Source of the DNA: an uncultured bacterium
Lineage (GTDB): Bacteria; Patescibacteriota; Minisyncoccia; UBA6257; 2-01-FULL-56-20
Length of the DNA stretch: 52,838 nt
Assembly: GCA_963745135.1 (NCBI GenBank)
Contig: CAVUWW010000013.1
Location: 1 to 52,838 of the forward strand
Direction of reading: 5' to 3'
Shown here one piece after another: positions 49,822 through 52,838 of this stretch; positions within the stretch are counted from its first letter, which is position 1, and each line of letters starts with the position of its first letter. A model generated the notes under the pieces. The model ran no database searches. It saw nothing but the letters and a program-made list of their open reading frames with translations, and was not told where the DNA came from. The position numbers were made by a program, and so were the translations under genes.

Positions 49822-49909
49822 AAAAAGAGCGGGGCGGGCGCAAGAAGACCGTCTTCGCGGAACTCCGCGAAGAGGGTCTTCAAAATCCCGCGCCCGCCCC
49901 GCTCTTTTT
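49822..49909. terminator. bidirectional terminator, 19-bp arms
   Basis: aaaaagagcggggcgggcg pairs with cgcccgccccgctcttttt. The loop contains gaagaccgtcttc. It lies between convergent genes. Confidence 0.75.
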
Positions 49910-49913
49910 ATAG

Positions 49914-51098
49914 TTATTTTCCGTAATTCTTTATCGCTTCGGCATAAATCGCTTCCCATCTTTTTGCTATCTCTGGCGGCGAATAGCGTAAGGCGGTCTT
50001 CCGCCCTCCGGCGCCGAGGGTTTTTTGGAGTTGGGGATTTTTCAGGATTTGGATGATACGTGCGGCAAGGGCTTGGGGGTCATTGGGTTCAACCACAAAA
50101 CCGTTTTCCTTGTTGATATATTCGGGCAACGCACGGGCGTTCACGCCGACGACGGGCACGCCGCACGCCATCGCCTGCATCATGACCATGCTTTGGGTGT
50201 CGGCGGTGCTCGTGATGGCGAAAACTTTTCCGGCGTTCATGATCTCGACCATATGCGGTTGGTCAACGAATCCGGGGAATCTCACCGAGCTTTCAACTTT
50301 GAGCGCTTTTGCGAGGTCGCGTAGCCCTTGTTCATCCGCGCCGCGGCCGGCAATCATCAGTTCCGCCTCCGGGATTTCTTTCTTCACGAATGGCAGTGCG
50401 TGGATGATGACGTCAATGCTGCGTTCTTTGGCCAACCTTCCGGCGTGGATGATGGGACAATTTCCAAGCTTCCATTTTTTTCTCAACGCCGCCCGGTTCC
50501 GGAGCGGCTTGAAAATATCCGTGGCGATGGGGTTTGAGAGTGGGACACCTTTTTTCTTGAAGCCGGTCTCTTCCATCTCTTTGAAGACCGAGCGTGACGG
50601 GCCTGTCACGATCACGCACCGCTCGTAATACCAATTCACGTATTTCAAAATGAGCGCGTCGGTCCATGCGGACTTGAACGGGTTGTAACGCAAAAATTCC
50701 TTCGTTGCGGTGTGGTTCGTGCCGACGAGGGGCTTGTGGAGGAACCGGCTCGCGAGCAGCGCCTCAAAGCCGAGGCCGAAGAACGTTTGGGTATGGATGA
50801 CATCAGGGTTGAATTTTTTCACTTCCAAAAAGCGGAGGCCGTTTGGGATGACGCCGCGACCTTGCCCCGAACCCGTGTTGAAATGGATCCCCGAGAAGCG
50901 CGTGATCTCCACGTTTGGCCCGAGGTCGGGTTCGCGGTGCGGTTCGTTCGAGAGCTTGTAATCGGCTTCGGAATATTTTGGGACGTAAAAATGGATGCGG
51001 TGTCCGCGTTTCGAGAGCTCTTTTGAGAGCGAAATGAGCGAGTCGGAGATGCCGGAGAGTTCAGGGTAAAAATTATCAGAGAACAGTGCAATTTTCAT
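49914..51098 (-). CDS. glycosyltransferase family 4 (GT-B fold)
   Basis: 394 aa. N-terminus MKIALFSDNFYPELSGIS. C-terminal domain with SVRFPGFV and QSMVMMQAMACGVPVVG. Confidence 0.85.
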   Translation of the reverse strand: MKIALFSDNFYPELSGISDSLISLSKELSKRGHRIHFYVPKYSEADYKLSNEPHREPDLGPNVEITRFSGIHFNTGSGQGRGVIPNGLRFLEVKKFNPDVIHTQTFFGLGFEALLASRFLHKPLVGTNHTATKEFLRYNPFKSAWTDALILKYVNWYYERCVIVTGPSRSVFKEMEETGFKKKGVPLSNPIATDIFKPLRNRAALRKKWKLGNCPIIHAGRLAKERSIDVIIHALPFVKKEIPEAELMIAGRGADEQGLRDLAKALKVESSVRFPGFVDQPHMVEIMNAGKVFAITSTADTQSMVMMQAMACGVPVVGVNARALPEYINKENGFVVEPNDPQALAARIIQILKNPQLQKTLGAGGRKTALRYSPPEIAKRWEAIYAEAIKNYGK

Positions 51099-51108
51099 TT
51101 ATTCTTTT

Positions 51109-51187
51109 CTGTCATCCCGGGCTTGACCCGGGATCCAGATTGACTAATTTCAAACCTGGATTCCGGCTCGGTGGCCGGAATGACAAG
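51109..51187. repeat. pair of GTCATYCCGG...GGATYC REP-like hairpins in inverted orientation
   Basis: ctgtcatcccgggcttgacccgggatccag faces cctggattccggctcggtggccggaatgacaag. Confidence 0.75.
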
Positions 51188-51194
51188 CACTCTT

Positions 51195-51797
51195 TCATTC
51201 CTCAAACTCCCTCGCGAATCTTTCTGTGAGCCGCCGCTGGAAGTAGAGCGCGAGGAGGACGATTGCAATCGCGGCGGCGATGATGTAGCCGCCAATATTC
51301 AGGTAATGGACGAGCTGGCTGTAGGCGGCCCCGAAATAGTAGCCGATGAGCAAATAAAGGAGCGAGCTGGGGATGGTGATGATGACGCACCAGAACGCGA
51401 ATTTTTTGATGTCCATCTTCGCGATGCCGGCGGCGACGAGTCCCGGAGTCGCGAGGAGGGGAATGAGCTTGATGGCGATGAGCGATTTGCCGGCATGTTT
51501 GTGGATGGCGCGTTCGGCTTGTTGGATTTTCGGTTTTGTGAGGCCGATAAAGTGTCCGTACTTGTCAACGAACTTTTCGCGGCCCCAGTAGCCGAAAGCG
51601 TAAAGGAAACCGTCAGGGATCAGGTTTCCCAAAATAGAGAGTATGAGCACGGCCCAGACGTTTAGCGCGCCCAACGCGGCACCGAAGGCGGCGGCAGCCG
51701 TCACGACGGGGCCTTCAATGAGCATGGCGATGAAAAGGAGCGTGTAGCTCTGGCCGACGATCCAATGGCCGAGCATTCCGAAGTCAATTGAGGGCAT
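51195..51797 (-). CDS. DedA-family membrane protein
   Basis: 200 aa. EGPVVTAAAAFGAALG and LIPLLATPGLVAAG match the paralog at 52067. Confidence 0.8.
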   Translation of the reverse strand: MPSIDFGMLGHWIVGQSYTLLFIAMLIEGPVVTAAAAFGAALGALNVWAVLILSILGNLIPDGFLYAFGYWGREKFVDKYGHFIGLTKPKIQQAERAIHKHAGKSLIAIKLIPLLATPGLVAAGIAKMDIKKFAFWCVIITIPSSLLYLLIGYYFGAAYSQLVHYLNIGGYIIAAAIAIVLLALYFQRRLTERFAREFEE

Positions 51798-51803
51798 TCC
51801 ATA

Positions 51804-51812
51804 ATTCTAGCA
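51804..51812 (-). promoter_or_regulatory. extended -10 box TGcTAGAAT, 6 nt before ATG 51797 (leaderless candidate)
   Basis: The minus strand reads tTGcTAGAATtatggaATG. Confidence 0.55.
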
Positions 51813-51833
51813 AATGCGTAGCGCATGTTCACT

Positions 51834-52017
51834 GGGCGAAGCGGATACGACGCGCCTTTCGAGGTACGGTGTCGCGTCGTGCTCGCCGCGCACCTGGCCC
51901 TCGGCGCGGGCCGGCTTGTTCGTCCGTGTGCCGATTGAAGGCGCGCACTGCGGGATCGCCTTGAAAGGCACGCCGTATCCGCTTCGCCCAAACCCGACGG
52001 CATCGAATGCCGTCGGG
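51834..52017. repeat. GC-rich long hairpin (16-bp perfect outer arms) plus a second 10-bp hairpin
   Basis: gggcgaagcggatacg (51834..51849) pairs with cgtatccgcttcgccc (51974..51989). A second hairpin cccgacggca/tgccgtcggg lies at 51993..52017. Confidence 0.7.
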
Positions 52018-52049
52018 ATTTCTACTCCCTTCTTATTTGAACCGGCGAA

Positions 52050-52058
52050 TGCTATAGT
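52050..52058 (+). promoter_or_regulatory. extended -10 box TGcTATAGT, 8 nt before ATG 52067
   Basis: Sequence aTGcTATAGTcattaaaaATG. Confidence 0.5.
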
Positions 52059-52066
52059 CATTAAAA

Positions 52067-52786
52067 ATGACACTCAGACCGCAATTTTTGGTGCTTTTGC
52101 TCGTGGTTTGCTTTGTCACGGTTCTTGGATTGCAATTTAACGTTTATCATTATGCGCAGGCGCAGAATTTGGTCGTCGCGGCAAACTTCACTTCTTTTTC
52201 CGGCACTTTGGCTTTTGTGATTGCGGGCGGTTACGTTTTAATGTTCGTCGGGATGCTGATCGAGGGGCCGGTCGTGACGGCTGCCGCCGCCTTCGCCGCC
52301 GCGCTTGGCTATTTCAATATCTGGATCGTGCTCGTGCTCGCGATTCTGGGCGACCTGCTCGCCGACATGATTTACTATGGCATCGGCTACTTTGGCCGCG
52401 TGCACTTCGTTGAAAAATATGGCCACCACATCGGCATCACGACGGCCCGGATGGAGCGTTTGGAATATCTGATCAAGAACCATCCCAAGAAAACGCTTGC
52501 GGCCGTGAAGCTCGCGCCGATGCTGCCCGTGCCCGGTCTCATGATGATCGGCGCGACGCGGATGCCATTCAAGAAATTCAGTACGATGGCGTTCGTCATC
52601 ACGCTCCCCAAAGCGCTGCTTTTCATGGCAATCGGCTATTATTTCGGCCGCGCGTACGATTCCATCGCGCGCTACGTCGAGAACGGGCAGTATTTCATCA
52701 TTGTGGCGCTCGTCGTGATCGTCGCCGCGTTTTACGTTTACAAAAAAATCGCCGCGAGGATTTCGCTGCAATTGGAAGTGATTTGA
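52067..52786 (+). CDS. DedA-family membrane protein (paralog)
   Basis: 239 aa with EGPVVTAAAAFAAALG and KLAPMLPVPGLMMIG. Confidence 0.8.
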   Translation: MTLRPQFLVLLLVVCFVTVLGLQFNVYHYAQAQNLVVAANFTSFSGTLAFVIAGGYVLMFVGMLIEGPVVTAAAAFAAALGYFNIWIVLVLAILGDLLADMIYYGIGYFGRVHFVEKYGHHIGITTARMERLEYLIKNHPKKTLAAVKLAPMLPVPGLMMIGATRMPFKKFSTMAFVITLPKALLFMAIGYYFGRAYDSIARYVENGQYFIIVALVVIVAAFYVYKKIAARISLQLEVI

Positions 52787-52791
52787 GGCGT

Positions 52792-52818
52792 TGTCATTCC
52801 GGCCCCCGAGCCGGAATC
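52792..52818 (+). repeat. single GTCATTCCGG...CCGGAATC REP-like hairpin
   Basis: Sequence tgtcattccggcccccgagccggaatc, directly after stop 52786. Confidence 0.7.
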
Positions 52819-52838
52819 TATGTTTGTAATTTTCAATT

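Overview
This window looks like a chromosomal fragment from a small-genome bacterium, possibly Patescibacteria/CPR (inferred from gene content only). All coordinates and base counts below were made by eye.

Main contents:
- Two paralogous secreted surface proteins and comF (1..4175).
- A type IV pilus operon (4366..15277): pilM, pilN/O-like genes, pilB, pilT, pilC, pilin, pilD and three minor pilins. A second pilus module lies at 27117..29123.
- Housekeeping genes: tsaD, parAB, relA/spoT, pth, lepB, hisS, secDF, uppP, obg, a metal ABC transporter, a GT4 glycosyltransferase and two DedA paralogs.
- Three tRNAs: Glu, Gln and Asp.
- A free-standing LAGLIDADG endonuclease.
- A complete diversity-generating retroelement (DGR) at about 22202..25339. 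It has a VR/TR pair with adenine-only mismatches, an Avd-like gene on the opposite strand and a DGR-type reverse transcriptase.

Most unusual signals:
1. Nearly every intercistronic gap holds a hairpin whose arms are about 4 tandem heptamers. Several sequence families exist. The downstream ATG sits at or inside the 3' base of the stem, and no Shine-Dalgarno sequence is visible. Related arrays also sit in frame inside parB, tsaD, pilD, relA, pth and obg.
2. A roughly 270-nt structured RNA occurs twice, with compensatory helix changes between the copies. One copy lies inside the DGR cassette.
3. Many genes have a TGnTAnnnT -10 box 6-8 nt from the ATG, which suggests leaderless mRNAs.
4. tRNA-Asp has an 8-nt anticodon loop, and an inverted copy of its anticodon arm lies nearby.
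5. Four genes are split at or near homopolymer runs. These may be assembly errors or real frameshifts.
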